From the NCBI GenBank assembly GCA_030668875.1, contig DAOVER010000008.1, forward strand, positions 57,004 through 89,003: a stretch of 32,000 bases of DNA, in the 5' to 3' direction. Under the pieces are notes generated by a model. It saw nothing but the letters and a program-made list of their open reading frames with translations, was not told where the DNA came from and ran no database searches. A program made the translations under genes and the position numbers. This DNA comes from Candidatus Heimdallarchaeota archaeon. Lineage in GTDB: Archaea; Asgardarchaeota; Heimdallarchaeia; Heimdallarchaeales; Heimdallarchaeaceae. Below, piece after piece: positions 16,670-26,293 of the stretch (within the stretch, counting starts at the first letter, position 1; every line of letters begins with the position of its first letter).

Positions 16670-18019
16670 TTACCACACTACAGCTGCAATAAAGAGAGAA
16701 ACAGCCATGAGAAGCATGAATGCCAGAGCTGTAAGAATTGTCATTGCTTGAGCAGGTATCATCGCTAGATAATTATCATAATTCTTTCTGGTTGTAATCA
16801 TTGCCTTAATAGCAAAAATAAGTGACACTAACGCAATCAAACTCAAGTAAGGTAAAACTTGGAATATGACTAACAAGATTAGAGTTGTGTAAGTTATACT
16901 TAAAACAACAATGAATATAACTGAGGAAATCTTTCTTCCTGTCAAAACAACAATATTTCTCCTACCAGATTCTTTATCAGCTTCGTAATCTGGAAATTGA
17001 TTTACAAACAAAACAAGCGAGATGAGAAGACCTACAATTATCGATGAGTATACAGGTTCTGGCTCCCAAAAGAATTTTTCTAGTTGGACATAATATGATC
17101 CAATAACAATAGCTGGACCGAAACTAAGAAAAATTGCAAGTTCTGCAAATCCATAGTTTGCTAATTTAAACGGTTTCCCAACGTAAAATATTCCTAAGAA
17201 AGCTCCCCCCATGCCAATGTACAATACAAGATTCCCTGAAATTTCAGAATTAATGTATAGCCCTATTCCAAGGGTTATCATAAATGAAAATACAGCCCCT
17301 ACTAATGTTCTGGTTGTCGAGAAAAGTTTATTTTGAATCATTCGTGAACCACCGGAAAATGGCGTTAGTTTCTCGTTAACCTCATCATTTTTGGATAGAT
17401 GATCAAAGAAATCATTCAACAAATCTGCGCACGAATGAAAGGATACAATACCGATAACTGCAAGAATAAAATACAACCAACTGAGCGTCTTAGTTTCATA
17501 ATAGGCTACAGCTGTGCCTACTACTACTGCTGCAACACTAACAGAGATGAAAGGTAAACGTAATCCTTTCACCCAAATTTTGAGTGTTTTAGCTATGGAA
17601 CGGAAGAAATCTCTAATGATCGAGGGCTCATTTTCTTTAAAATCCTGAATATAATCCCATTGGGGAACAATTATTTTGATTGGAACAATTCTTACAAGTT
17701 CTATCCCAAAAATACCTTTTCTTATTAGCTTATCTTTTTTTGCTAATTCTCCCAACAGTTTTTCTTGATCAGGAAGATTGCCAATAATTTCTGCTCTCCC
17801 AAGATACTTAAGAGTAGTTTCACTATTCTCGATAAAAACTTCAATTTTAGGATTATATCTGATTTGTTCAATAAAAGGGGTGTTCTGTTCCCCTGCGATA
17901 AGCAGTGTTGTCCCATCAACAATGTATGAGCATTTAGCTAGATTTGGATTATTATAACTACAAGATGAAATAACTAAAGATTTGTTTTTTTTCAAAAATG
18001 TTTCAACATTCTCTAACAT
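16670..18019 (-). CDS. Fusion of an N-terminal pyridoxamine-5'-phosphate-oxidase-like split-barrel domain and a MenA-type (UbiA superfamily) prenyltransferase
   Basis: C-terminal ~300 aa has W...LRLPF, DLLNDFFDH...ND, SGGSR, NQFPDYEADKESGRRN and ~9 TM helices (MenA-like). The N-terminal ~135 aa has a split-barrel pattern (IRYNPKIEVFI...LKYLGRAEII...IELVRIVPIKI). Confidence 0.8.
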   Translation of the reverse strand: MLENVETFLKKNKSLVISSCSYNNPNLAKCSYIVDGTTLLIAGEQNTPFIEQIRYNPKIEVFIENSETTLKYLGRAEIIGNLPDQEKLLGELAKKDKLIRKGIFGIELVRIVPIKIIVPQWDYIQDFKENEPSIIRDFFRSIAKTLKIWVKGLRLPFISVSVAAVVVGTAVAYYETKTLSWLYFILAVIGIVSFHSCADLLNDFFDHLSKNDEVNEKLTPFSGGSRMIQNKLFSTTRTLVGAVFSFMITLGIGLYINSEISGNLVLYIGMGGAFLGIFYVGKPFKLANYGFAELAIFLSFGPAIVIGSYYVQLEKFFWEPEPVYSSIIVGLLISLVLFVNQFPDYEADKESGRRNIVVLTGRKISSVIFIVVLSITYTTLILLVIFQVLPYLSLIALVSLIFAIKAMITTRKNYDNYLAMIPAQAMTILTALAFMLLMAVSLFIAAVVW

Positions 18020-18100
18020 TAAGCCACAACCCTAAAGATTTCTTATAAAATTATCTGAAAACCAAGAAAATTAAAGAAAATAAAAGAAGAAAAAGAGTTT

Positions 18101-19783
18101 TTACATCATGTCGGGCATGCCGCCCATTCCACCCATACCAGGAGGCATTCCACCACCAGGAGGCATTCCACCACCAGGAGGCATAGCTGGTCTATCTGAT
18201 TTAGATACAATGACATCGTCAATTCTCATAATCATTATAGCAGATTCACTAGCAGATTTAATTGCTTGAGAAAGAACTCTTAGTGGTTCGATAATTCCAG
18301 CTTTTTGCATATCAGCGATTTTACCGTTTTTCAGTATATCAATCCCTGCTGCTACTTGGCCTTCTGCGTGTGCTGCTCTGATCTCGTTGAGTATGTCCAA
18401 TGGGTCTATTCCAGCATTTTCGGCAAGAGTTGATGGTATGACTAGTAGAGCATCAGCGAATGCTTTAACTGCTAATTGTCTTTTGTCTTTGAATTCATCA
18501 GCAAATTCATCTATTTTTAGAGAAAGTTCTGTATAAATTGATCCTCCACCAGGTAGGTAGGTTTTATCTTCGACAACATTTCTCACAACACATAGAGCGT
18601 CGTGTAATGCTCTTTCTGCTTCATCAGTTACGTACTTAGCAGCACCGTATAAGATGATTGAAACTGCTTTTGGTTTTTTACATTCACGAACAAAAACATG
18701 TTCGTCATCACCAAGTTTCACTTCTTCTACTAACCCAGCATCACCAAGATCTTCTGCTTTGGCATCTTTAAGATTGGTAACTATCTTTCCTCCAGTAGCG
18801 CGAGCAATTTTTTCCATGTCGCTTTTCTTAACTCTTCTAATAGCTAGAATGTTTTCTTTAGCCATGAAATATTGTGCCATGTCATCTATACCTTTTTGGC
18901 AAACTACAACAGTAGCTCCTGTTGTTTTGACATTATCAACCATATCCCGTAAGATTTGTTCTTCATTATCTAAGAATGATTTCATTTCTAATGGGTCATT
19001 GATTCTAATTTCGCGGTCCCATTCGCCTTTTTGAACTTCTATATTTTGATTTAATAGAAGAATTTTAGCGTTCTTCACAGATTTTGGCATAGCTGTGTGG
19101 ACAACTTCTTTGTCAATAATGACACCTTCAATAAATTCAGACGCAGCTAAGGATTTACCTGTCTTCTGTATGATTTTAATATTATCTAAATCAACTGTGA
19201 AGTTACCATTATCTTCTTCAGCTACTCTCTTTACACTATCAACAGCAATTTGTGCGAGTGAATCTTTAGCTGAATGAACAGCTTTACTGTGTAGAGAAGT
19301 CTTAGCAATGTTATTTAGAACCTTGCTCTCTTCTTGAAAAGGTTCCATCTTTTGAGCTAATTCTGTGAGAATCTCTTGAGCTTTAGTTGATGCTGCCTTG
19401 TAGCCCTCAACTATTAGAGATGCATGAATCTTCTTATCTAAGAGCTCACCACCTTTCTTGAGTAATTCACCTGCAATGATTACTGCACTAGTTGTACCAT
19501 CGCCAGTTTCTTGATCCTGAACTTTAGCTATTTGAACTATAATTTTTGCAGCTGGGTGTTGAACATCAATTTCATCTAACAATGTAGCTCCATCGTTGGA
19601 AATTAATATATCACCTAACCCATCTACGAGCATTTTGTCCATTCCTTTTGGTCCTAAAGTACTCTTAATAGTATCTGCTACAATAGAAGCAGCCATAATA
19701 TTGTTTTTTTGAGCATCTTGACCTTTAGCTCTTTCAGTACCTTCTTTCAAAATTATAACTGGTACTTGTCCTTGTCCTATCAT
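18101..19783 (-). CDS. Thermosome subunit (group II chaperonin)
   Basis: [28 protein letters not shown] and PGGG motifs, with a Gly/Met/Pro-rich tail. ATG at 19783; the ORF track starts at GTG 19792. Confidence 0.97.
   Translation of the reverse strand: MIGQGQVPVIILKEGTERAKGQDAQKNNIMAASIVADTIKSTLGPKGMDKMLVDGLGDILISNDGATLLDEIDVQHPAAKIIVQIAKVQDQETGDGTTSAVIIAGELLKKGGELLDKKIHASLIVEGYKAASTKAQEILTELAQKMEPFQEESKVLNNIAKTSLHSKAVHSAKDSLAQIAVDSVKRVAEEDNGNFTVDLDNIKIIQKTGKSLAASEFIEGVIIDKEVVHTAMPKSVKNAKILLLNQNIEVQKGEWDREIRINDPLEMKSFLDNEEQILRDMVDNVKTTGATVVVCQKGIDDMAQYFMAKENILAIRRVKKSDMEKIARATGGKIVTNLKDAKAEDLGDAGLVEEVKLGDDEHVFVRECKKPKAVSIILYGAAKYVTDEAERALHDALCVVRNVVEDKTYLPGGGSIYTELSLKIDEFADEFKDKRQLAVKAFADALLVIPSTLAENAGIDPLDILNEIRAAHAEGQVAAGIDILKNGKIADMQKAGIIEPLRVLSQAIKSASESAIMIMRIDDVIVSKSDRPAMPPGGGMPPGGGMPPGMGGMGGMPDMM
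18138..18184. repeat. 18-bp tandem repeat (2.6 copies) encoding the (M)PPGGG tail of the thermosome
   Basis: CCAGGAGGCATTCCACCA at 18138-18155 and 18156-18173, partial copy to 18184. Confidence 0.9.
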
Positions 19784-20060
19784 GATTATCACTTAAAATG
19801 TTTAATTAAATTTCAAATTTCTCTCTATTCATTGATATATAATCTTTGTTATCTTCTTAAAAATCAAAAAATCCGTCCACAATATGATTTCATGCCTTGA
19901 AATCCATGAATATGTAGTTTTTCGTTTCTTTAATCTTTCAACAGAATAAAGTCTAACTGTTTTTCTAGTCTTTTATTTGTCTTTTTCCACTTTTCATCTG
20001 GAAATTAAGAAAACACTTTTATCATTAATGTATAATTGTTTGTTACTGGGGATATTCTAA

Positions 20061-21626
20061 ATGAGTGATGAAGAAACACTTCAAGATACAGAAAAAGTGC
20101 GCCTTCTATTCTTTACAAGCCCTGACTGTTTTGCTTGTCCAGAAGTTGAACGTGTTATTGAGAGCATCGCAGGTACTTCCATGAAAGGCATGCTTCATGT
20201 AAGTACTATTGACATCACTGAAGAGCAGGAAATTGCTGCTCAATATGGTATACTGAGTGTTCCAGTTGTAATCATGAACGAAGAAAGGATTGCAGAAGGT
20301 CTGATTACAGAAGATGTCATTAGAGAAAAACTCTGGTCACAAATTCTACCTAATATCATTAACAGACAACGTGATACAAGACTAAGAGAGAGCATGATGA
20401 TTCTAACAAAGAATACAATTAGTAGCATAATCTCCCAAGAACTTGTACGAAATAATTTAGGTGATTATGTCCACATAGGTATTTATCAACAAGTCATGAT
20501 GTCGTTGCTCCAGTTAGATCCACTTATTCCCCAGTTGCTTTATCAAAGTGGAAGAGAGCTAGGCATTTATGGTGCTGCTCCTTATTACTTAACTGTTTTG
20601 AACCCCAAAGTAGGAGCGGTAAAACCAGCAGAACGTTTTCAAGAAGCTTTGATTGCTCTTGCTAAACTCTATAGTCATAACAATGTAGTTCCATTATACC
20701 AAGCTACACATTGTGACATAGCTAAAGTGGAAGGATATACCGCAACTCTTCGTATATATGAATTAGTTAATAGTGCTGGCGCGATCAACATCGGCGAACC
20801 GCTGTGTCATTACACTGCCGGAGAAATCGCAGGAACTATAGAAGCTATGATAGGATCCGCAACTAGCGTTATGGAAACTAAATGTAGAGGATTAGGTGAT
20901 GATTTTTGTGAATTTGAAATTGAAGTGTTCTTAGGAAAAGAAGTCGGTAAAGCACCCTATCAAGTATACGAACCTAAAGAGGGAGATAAACGCGTTCAAT
21001 TCTTAGGAGAAATTCCTGCAGAAGACTTCAGAAGACAACTTTTCTATGAATTCATTCATGAAACAACACAGCATGGACATAATTCATTACTTATGAAAGA
21101 AGCTTTAAGACCTAATGATGTTGATTTTGTTCATATTAGTGCTTTACAGCAACAGATAATCTCTCTGAAATTCAGGGATAAATTCTGTGGTGCTCTTCTA
21201 TATTCGGCTGGAAGAGAACTTGGAGTTATAGGGCCTGGAAAAAACATTATTTATACACTTCTACATGATGAATCCTTACCCATCAGTTCATTAAAGGCGG
21301 CAACAGAAATTATCATGCAATATATGACTCATCCGACAAATTATCTAGCTAGAGGATATTCCTTTGTTGAGGTTAGAGAAGGTGAAGATGAGGAAGAAAT
21401 GTTTATTCGCATACATGAATGTGCATATGCGTCAGGTGCAAACCTTTCAGAAACAAATCTTAACGAAACACTGTGTGATTTTCAAGCGGGTTACTTGGCA
21501 GGAAGATTAGCTCTCATACTCAAAGATCCTCCTATTGTAACGGAGACTAAATGTCATGGTACAGGTCATAACTTCTGTGAATTCAGAATTGAAAAAGGAT
21601 ATTCTTTTGATGAAGAAGAAAATTAA
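20061..21626 (+). CDS. Thioredoxin-like domain fused to two V4R domains
   Basis: N-terminal FTSPDCFACP CxxC with a later SVP (cis-Pro) motif. Two V4R units: LCHYTAG...ETKCRGLGDDFCEFEI and ECAY...LCDFQAGYLAG...ETKCHGTGHNFCEFRI. Confidence 0.85.
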   Translation: MSDEETLQDTEKVRLLFFTSPDCFACPEVERVIESIAGTSMKGMLHVSTIDITEEQEIAAQYGILSVPVVIMNEERIAEGLITEDVIREKLWSQILPNIINRQRDTRLRESMMILTKNTISSIISQELVRNNLGDYVHIGIYQQVMMSLLQLDPLIPQLLYQSGRELGIYGAAPYYLTVLNPKVGAVKPAERFQEALIALAKLYSHNNVVPLYQATHCDIAKVEGYTATLRIYELVNSAGAINIGEPLCHYTAGEIAGTIEAMIGSATSVMETKCRGLGDDFCEFEIEVFLGKEVGKAPYQVYEPKEGDKRVQFLGEIPAEDFRRQLFYEFIHETTQHGHNSLLMKEALRPNDVDFVHISALQQQIISLKFRDKFCGALLYSAGRELGVIGPGKNIIYTLLHDESLPISSLKAATEIIMQYMTHPTNYLARGYSFVEVREGEDEEEMFIRIHECAYASGANLSETNLNETLCDFQAGYLAGRLALILKDPPIVTETKCHGTGHNFCEFRIEKGYSFDEEEN

Positions 21627-21766
21627 TCTCGGTTCATCTATTTTTGATCGGATTTTTTGTTGTGAATATAAAAATATGTTAATTCAATTTTAATTCTTCA
21701 TCACAAAAGTTATAATTAAACGATTTTGTAGATTTCAAAAAGAATGTTGACAGAAGGACGATTATT

Positions 21767-22246
21767 ATGAGTAAAACCGAACGAATATGGGATAAGCAAG
21801 CAGCTTGGCCCAGTATTATCGCATTATTCTCAATAGCTATTCTAGCACAAGTACCACACTTCTATTATCTAAGTGATATAGTTAATTTCAACAATTCCTC
21901 ACAAATATCACTATTAATTGCTTTTCCAATCTTTGGGGCATTAGGATTAAGTGCAGTAGGTTTACTAATTTCCGAATTTCTATATAAAAGAGAAAGAGGC
22001 AAAGATAAACCAGTATTCAGATATTTAATTCAAGGAGCTTTTATTGCTGTAATAATCTATTTTGTTATCCAATTTCTTATAGTGTTTTTTGGATTCGAAG
22101 CAATAGAAGTTATTAGAGAAGGCATGCCAGATAATTTTATTGATAAAGTCGTATTCAAAGAAATTTTAGGAATGTCAATAATTCTTATTATTGGAGTTTT
22201 CATTAATCCTCCTTTACAAGAACAAACAAAACGTAAGAAAAAATAA
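21767..22246 (+). CDS. Hypothetical membrane protein (4 TM)
   Basis: Four hydrophobic segments and a basic C-terminus; 159 aa. Confidence 0.7.
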   Translation: MSKTERIWDKQAAWPSIIALFSIAILAQVPHFYYLSDIVNFNNSSQISLLIAFPIFGALGLSAVGLLISEFLYKRERGKDKPVFRYLIQGAFIAVIIYFVIQFLIVFFGFEAIEVIREGMPDNFIDKVVFKEILGMSIILIIGVFINPPLQEQTKRKKK

Positions 22247-22271
22247 AAAATAAAAAAAAGAATAATTGTTA

Positions 22272-23774
22272 TTATTCTTCTTGTTTTTCTTTCATCATTT
22301 TCCAAGATAGAGTTAGGTTTCGTATGGCGTATGCATCATCTACTCTTCCAATTGAAGTCCATTTTGGTGCTTGATGAGCATAGTCAGGATCTTTTCTTGC
22401 TTTATCCATCTCTTCTTCCAAGACTTGAACATATTGATCAATTCTTTCTTTGTTTTCGTTTTCAGTTGGTTCCATCATTAAAGCTTCATGTGCAATTAAT
22501 GGGAAGTAAACTGTTGGGGCGTGTAAGCCTCGACTGATTAACATTTTTGCAATATCCATTCCTGAAACATCGTGGTTTCGTAAAAATGGTGTTGCTTCAA
22601 GAACTGATTCATGTTTTCTTGGTATTGCCGATGTGTGACTAAGTCTTAATCCATCTATCTTTTCCATTTTTCTCATGGCATAATTAGCTGTGAGAACTGC
22701 TTGATCTGATGTATTTTTCAAACCAATCTCACCAAGGGCAGCAATATATGCATATGCTCTAAGAGCGACGGCTATGTTACCGTGGTAACCATGAACTTTT
22801 CCTATGGATTTTGGACGGTCATAATCAAAGTAATAATAGTCTTTGTCCATATCATGATTGACAGTTGGAACTGGTAGATATGGTTCTAGTATGTCATTAC
22901 AACAAACTGCACCAGATCCTGGACCTCCTCCACCATGTGGAGTAGCAAATGTTTTATGCAGGTTGAAATGGAGAACATCGTAACCCATGTCACCAGGTCT
23001 AATCTTACCAACGATTGCATTGAAGTTAGCACCATCGTAGTAGAGTAAACCTCCAGCATCTCTGACGGTATTAGACATTTCAATGATGTCCTTTTCGAAA
23101 ATACCTAGAGTGTTTGGGTTAGTTAGCATCAAACCTGCAGTTCTATCAGAAACAGCTGCTTTTAATGCATCAATGTCTACTCTGCCATCTTCATTAGACT
23201 TGATTTCTATTAATTTTTGACCATTCAAAACAGTACTTGCTGGATTTGTTCCATGACTTGAATCTGGAGCAATAATCTCGTCTCTTTGTGTTTCACCATT
23301 ATCTACGTGATATGCTTTAATGAGAGCTAATCCGGTGTACTCACCACTTGCACCAGCTGGTGGTTGAAGTGTAGTATGTGGTAACCCCGCTAATTCTCCT
23401 AATGACATCTGTAAATCATAGAGAACTTCCAAAATTCCTTGTACTGTTTCAACAGGTTGGTTAGGATGAAGATACATCATTTTTTCAGATCTAGCAATAG
23501 TTTCATTCACTTTAGGATTGTATTTCATTGTACAGGATCCTAGTGGATAGGTATTAGTATCAACACAATAATTCATCTGTGAAAGATGAACATAATGTCT
23601 CATAACCTCTCCTTCATGAAGTTCTGGTAAATCAGGTGGAGTAATTCTTTTCATATTTTCAGGGATTTTTATATCATCTCTAGAAAAATCACACCTTGGC
23701 GATAAATGTGCTCTTCGTCCTTTTTTACCAAGTTCAAAAATTAATGGTTCATCGTATTTTGCTTGTCTGTACAT
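22272..23774 (-). CDS. gcvPB: Glycine dehydrogenase (decarboxylating) subunit 2
   Basis: YPLGSCTMKYNP, HGTNPAS, DGANFNA, HFNLHKTFATPHGGGGPGSG, MMEPTE. The ATG at 23774 follows GGAGG; the ORF track starts at 23789. Confidence 0.96.
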   Translation of the reverse strand: MYRQAKYDEPLIFELGKKGRRAHLSPRCDFSRDDIKIPENMKRITPPDLPELHEGEVMRHYVHLSQMNYCVDTNTYPLGSCTMKYNPKVNETIARSEKMMYLHPNQPVETVQGILEVLYDLQMSLGELAGLPHTTLQPPAGASGEYTGLALIKAYHVDNGETQRDEIIAPDSSHGTNPASTVLNGQKLIEIKSNEDGRVDIDALKAAVSDRTAGLMLTNPNTLGIFEKDIIEMSNTVRDAGGLLYYDGANFNAIVGKIRPGDMGYDVLHFNLHKTFATPHGGGGPGSGAVCCNDILEPYLPVPTVNHDMDKDYYYFDYDRPKSIGKVHGYHGNIAVALRAYAYIAALGEIGLKNTSDQAVLTANYAMRKMEKIDGLRLSHTSAIPRKHESVLEATPFLRNHDVSGMDIAKMLISRGLHAPTVYFPLIAHEALMMEPTENENKERIDQYVQVLEEEMDKARKDPDYAHQAPKWTSIGRVDDAYAIRNLTLSWKMMKEKQEE

Positions 23775-23776
23775 CT

Positions 23777-25159
23777 TTATTTCCTCCATTCACCAATCGC
23801 CTTAACAAAATCATCAAGGTCTTTTTCACAAAGCAGGTAAGAAGTTGTTACAATGTAGTCATAATTTTCTCCATCAAATGAATAAGGTATTCCAGGGAAT
23901 ATCTTTCTATCTAACATGAATTGAGTAAATTCTTGTTTCTTATCTTTGGGAATTTTAAGATCAAGAGTAAATGTGTTAAAGAATTCGCTGTTAAATACCC
24001 TCTTAACACCAATTTTATCAAGCTCTTTGGTTACATGGTGAGCACTGAGATACATTGTTTCAGCTGTTTCCTTGTAACCTTGTGGTCCTAATAGAGTTAG
24101 ATGAATTGCACAACTTAGAGCAACCAATGCTTCATTTGTACAAATATTACTTGTAGCTCTTTCTCTTTTGATGTGTTGTTCTCTTGTTTGGAGAGTATTA
24201 GCATAAGCTACTTCCCCTTCATTTGGAGTGATGGTTTTTCCTACAATACGTCCAGGCATTTGTCTAGATTCTTTCTTATTATATTTCATTGCAAGAATTC
24301 CTAGAAGCGGACCTCCAAAATTTAATGGGCCACCACCTATGGACTGACCTTCTCCTATTGCTATGTCTGCTCCATATTCTCCTGGGGGTTTAAGCAATGC
24401 AAGAGAGTTCATATCAGCTCCAACAACAACTCTAACTCCTTTGGCATGAGCATCCGCAATAATCTCATCAAGTTCATCTTCGATAATTCCGAAGTAGTTT
24501 GGGTTCTCAATGTAGATGCCTGCTACTGTATCATCAAGTAATGCTTTGGTCTTTGCTATGTCCATTTTTCCAGTAGTCTCATCATATGGAACTATTTCTA
24601 GTTCAAGATTAGCACCAGCGACATAATTTTTCAAAACATCCTCTCTATTTGGAGCAATTGCAGCTGTGTAAACAAACTTTGTACGTTTTGTGATTCTTGA
24701 AGCCATCAGAGCTGCTTCACCAACTCCTGTGGCCCAATCATATAAAGAGCAATTAGCAACATCCATACCAACAAGCTCGCATATCAAACTTTGATATTCA
24801 AACATGCTTTGTAGTGTTCCTTGACTTGCTTCAGCTTGATAAGGTGTATAAGCACTATAGAATTCAGTTCTTCGTAATATTTCATCTTGAATAGCTGGCA
24901 TGTAAATATCTAACACGCCTCCGCCAAGAAATGATCGAACTTCTCTAGTAGTTATGTTTTTGCTTAGTTTTTTCTTAACAGCTTCCATCAACTCAAATTC
25001 ACTTTGGTAATGAGGTAGCTTCAATTGTCCTTTAAATCGAATTTCATCAGGGATATCAGAATATAACTCTTCTATACTACTGATTCCTAGATATTCCAAC
25101 ATTTCGTCTATATCCTTTTTAGAATTAGCTAAATAGGGGTGAGCATAGTTATCACCCAT
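23777..25159 (-). CDS. gcvPA: Glycine dehydrogenase (decarboxylating) subunit 1
   Basis: HPYL, YTPYQAEASQGTLQ..FEYQS, REQHIKRERATSNICTN. The ATG at 25159 follows GGTGA; the ORF track starts at 25168. Confidence 0.96.
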   Translation of the reverse strand: MGDNYAHPYLANSKKDIDEMLEYLGISSIEELYSDIPDEIRFKGQLKLPHYQSEFELMEAVKKKLSKNITTREVRSFLGGGVLDIYMPAIQDEILRRTEFYSAYTPYQAEASQGTLQSMFEYQSLICELVGMDVANCSLYDWATGVGEAALMASRITKRTKFVYTAAIAPNREDVLKNYVAGANLELEIVPYDETTGKMDIAKTKALLDDTVAGIYIENPNYFGIIEDELDEIIADAHAKGVRVVVGADMNSLALLKPPGEYGADIAIGEGQSIGGGPLNFGGPLLGILAMKYNKKESRQMPGRIVGKTITPNEGEVAYANTLQTREQHIKRERATSNICTNEALVALSCAIHLTLLGPQGYKETAETMYLSAHHVTKELDKIGVKRVFNSEFFNTFTLDLKIPKDKKQEFTQFMLDRKIFPGIPYSFDGENYDYIVTTSYLLCEKDLDDFVKAIGEWRK

Positions 25160-25179
25160 AAAAATCACCTCTTAATTGA

Positions 25180-25605
25180 TTAATGAGACCCTTCTTCAAT
25201 CTCTTTTTCAACTTGTTTAATGAAGTTTTCTGGTGTTATAAGAACATCAGTTGGTCCAGTGGGTTTGACTTTAACGATCCACCCTTCATTATAGCAGTCT
25301 TCAGTAATGACAGAAGCATCATCTTCAAGTTCTGCATGAACTTCTACGATTTCACAGTCAAAAGGCGCATAAAAGTCTACGACTGTTTTTAATGCCTCAA
25401 TTATTCCCATAGATTTTCCTTCTTCAAAGGTATCTCCTGCTTCGGGAAGTTCTACATATGCAAGTTCACCAAGTTCTACAGCTGCGTAGTTTGAGATACC
25501 ATATATGTACACATCTCCTTCTTGAAGAACCCATTCAAATTCTTTAGTGTAGAGAAAGGGTTCTCCTTTGATCAAATATTTGTCTTTAATTGTTGTATCT
25601 GCCAT
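25180..25605 (-). CDS. gcvH: Glycine cleavage system H protein
   Basis: YT.E.EWV, GIS.YA..ELGELAYVELP, lipoyl-lysine motif IEALKTVVDFYAP, CYNEGWIVK. Confidence 0.92.
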   Translation of the reverse strand: MADTTIKDKYLIKGEPFLYTKEFEWVLQEGDVYIYGISNYAAVELGELAYVELPEAGDTFEEGKSMGIIEALKTVVDFYAPFDCEIVEVHAELEDDASVITEDCYNEGWIVKVKPTGPTDVLITPENFIKQVEKEIEEGSH

Positions 25606-25755
25606 CTCGATTCCTCTTTTTTCGATAGGGATGTTTAACGAAGAAAAGGTTGCTTTATAAACTTTATTCAGTAAGTCTATTCCTTGTTATTGGTGTAACA
25701 AAGCCTAATAGCAAGAAATATGCTGTTAGTAAGAGTTCACAAAAAGGAACAGCTG

Positions 25756-26193
25756 TTAAAGATCTAGAACCACGTGACAAGACCACTGATTTTCCTTCTT
25801 CTCAATCCTGAATTCGTACATAGTTACAGCCTTAACATCAGTAAGTAATTCTTCATTCTCCCAGTCAATCTGTGAACCCAATGCCTTACATTTGAGTTTG
25901 AATTTTTCATTTTTATCAATGGTAATTTCGAAATCTTTGAAGAGTATAGTTTCTGCATCCTTCAAATATATCAGTTCGCTTAGAAAATCATAAAGAAGTA
26001 ATTGTTCATCTTCGGCTTCAAGTTCAAAATTCCATTCATCAGTTTCTTTAACCGAATTAATGTTAACCATTGCAACCATTGATGCAATTCCTGCACCGCG
26101 AAAAAGTTCTGAAAGAGTATCTGCAATGACTTCGAAAGCAAAATCGGATTTTACCTCATCATCAAGGATTGTATATTTGAACATTAGTTTCAT
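25756..26193 (-). CDS. Archease
   Basis: D..F...A.TL.ELF, LLYDFLSELIY, DVKAVTMY and the C-terminal VVLDL. Alternative ATG at 26184. Divergent from rtcB. Confidence 0.88.
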   Translation of the reverse strand: MKLMFKYTILDDEVKSDFAFEVIADTLSELFRGAGIASMVAMVNINSVKETDEWNFELEAEDEQLLLYDFLSELIYLKDAETILFKDFEITIDKNEKFKLKCKALGSQIDWENEELLTDVKAVTMYEFRIEKKENQWSCHVVLDL

Positions 26194-26293
26194 CTGTAGA
26201 AATACAATCCAAAATAAAAATCATTCTTTCTTGATAATTTTCTGTCTAATCACGAGATTTATTAAAAACCATCATCCAGTTCTTTTGAGATAA

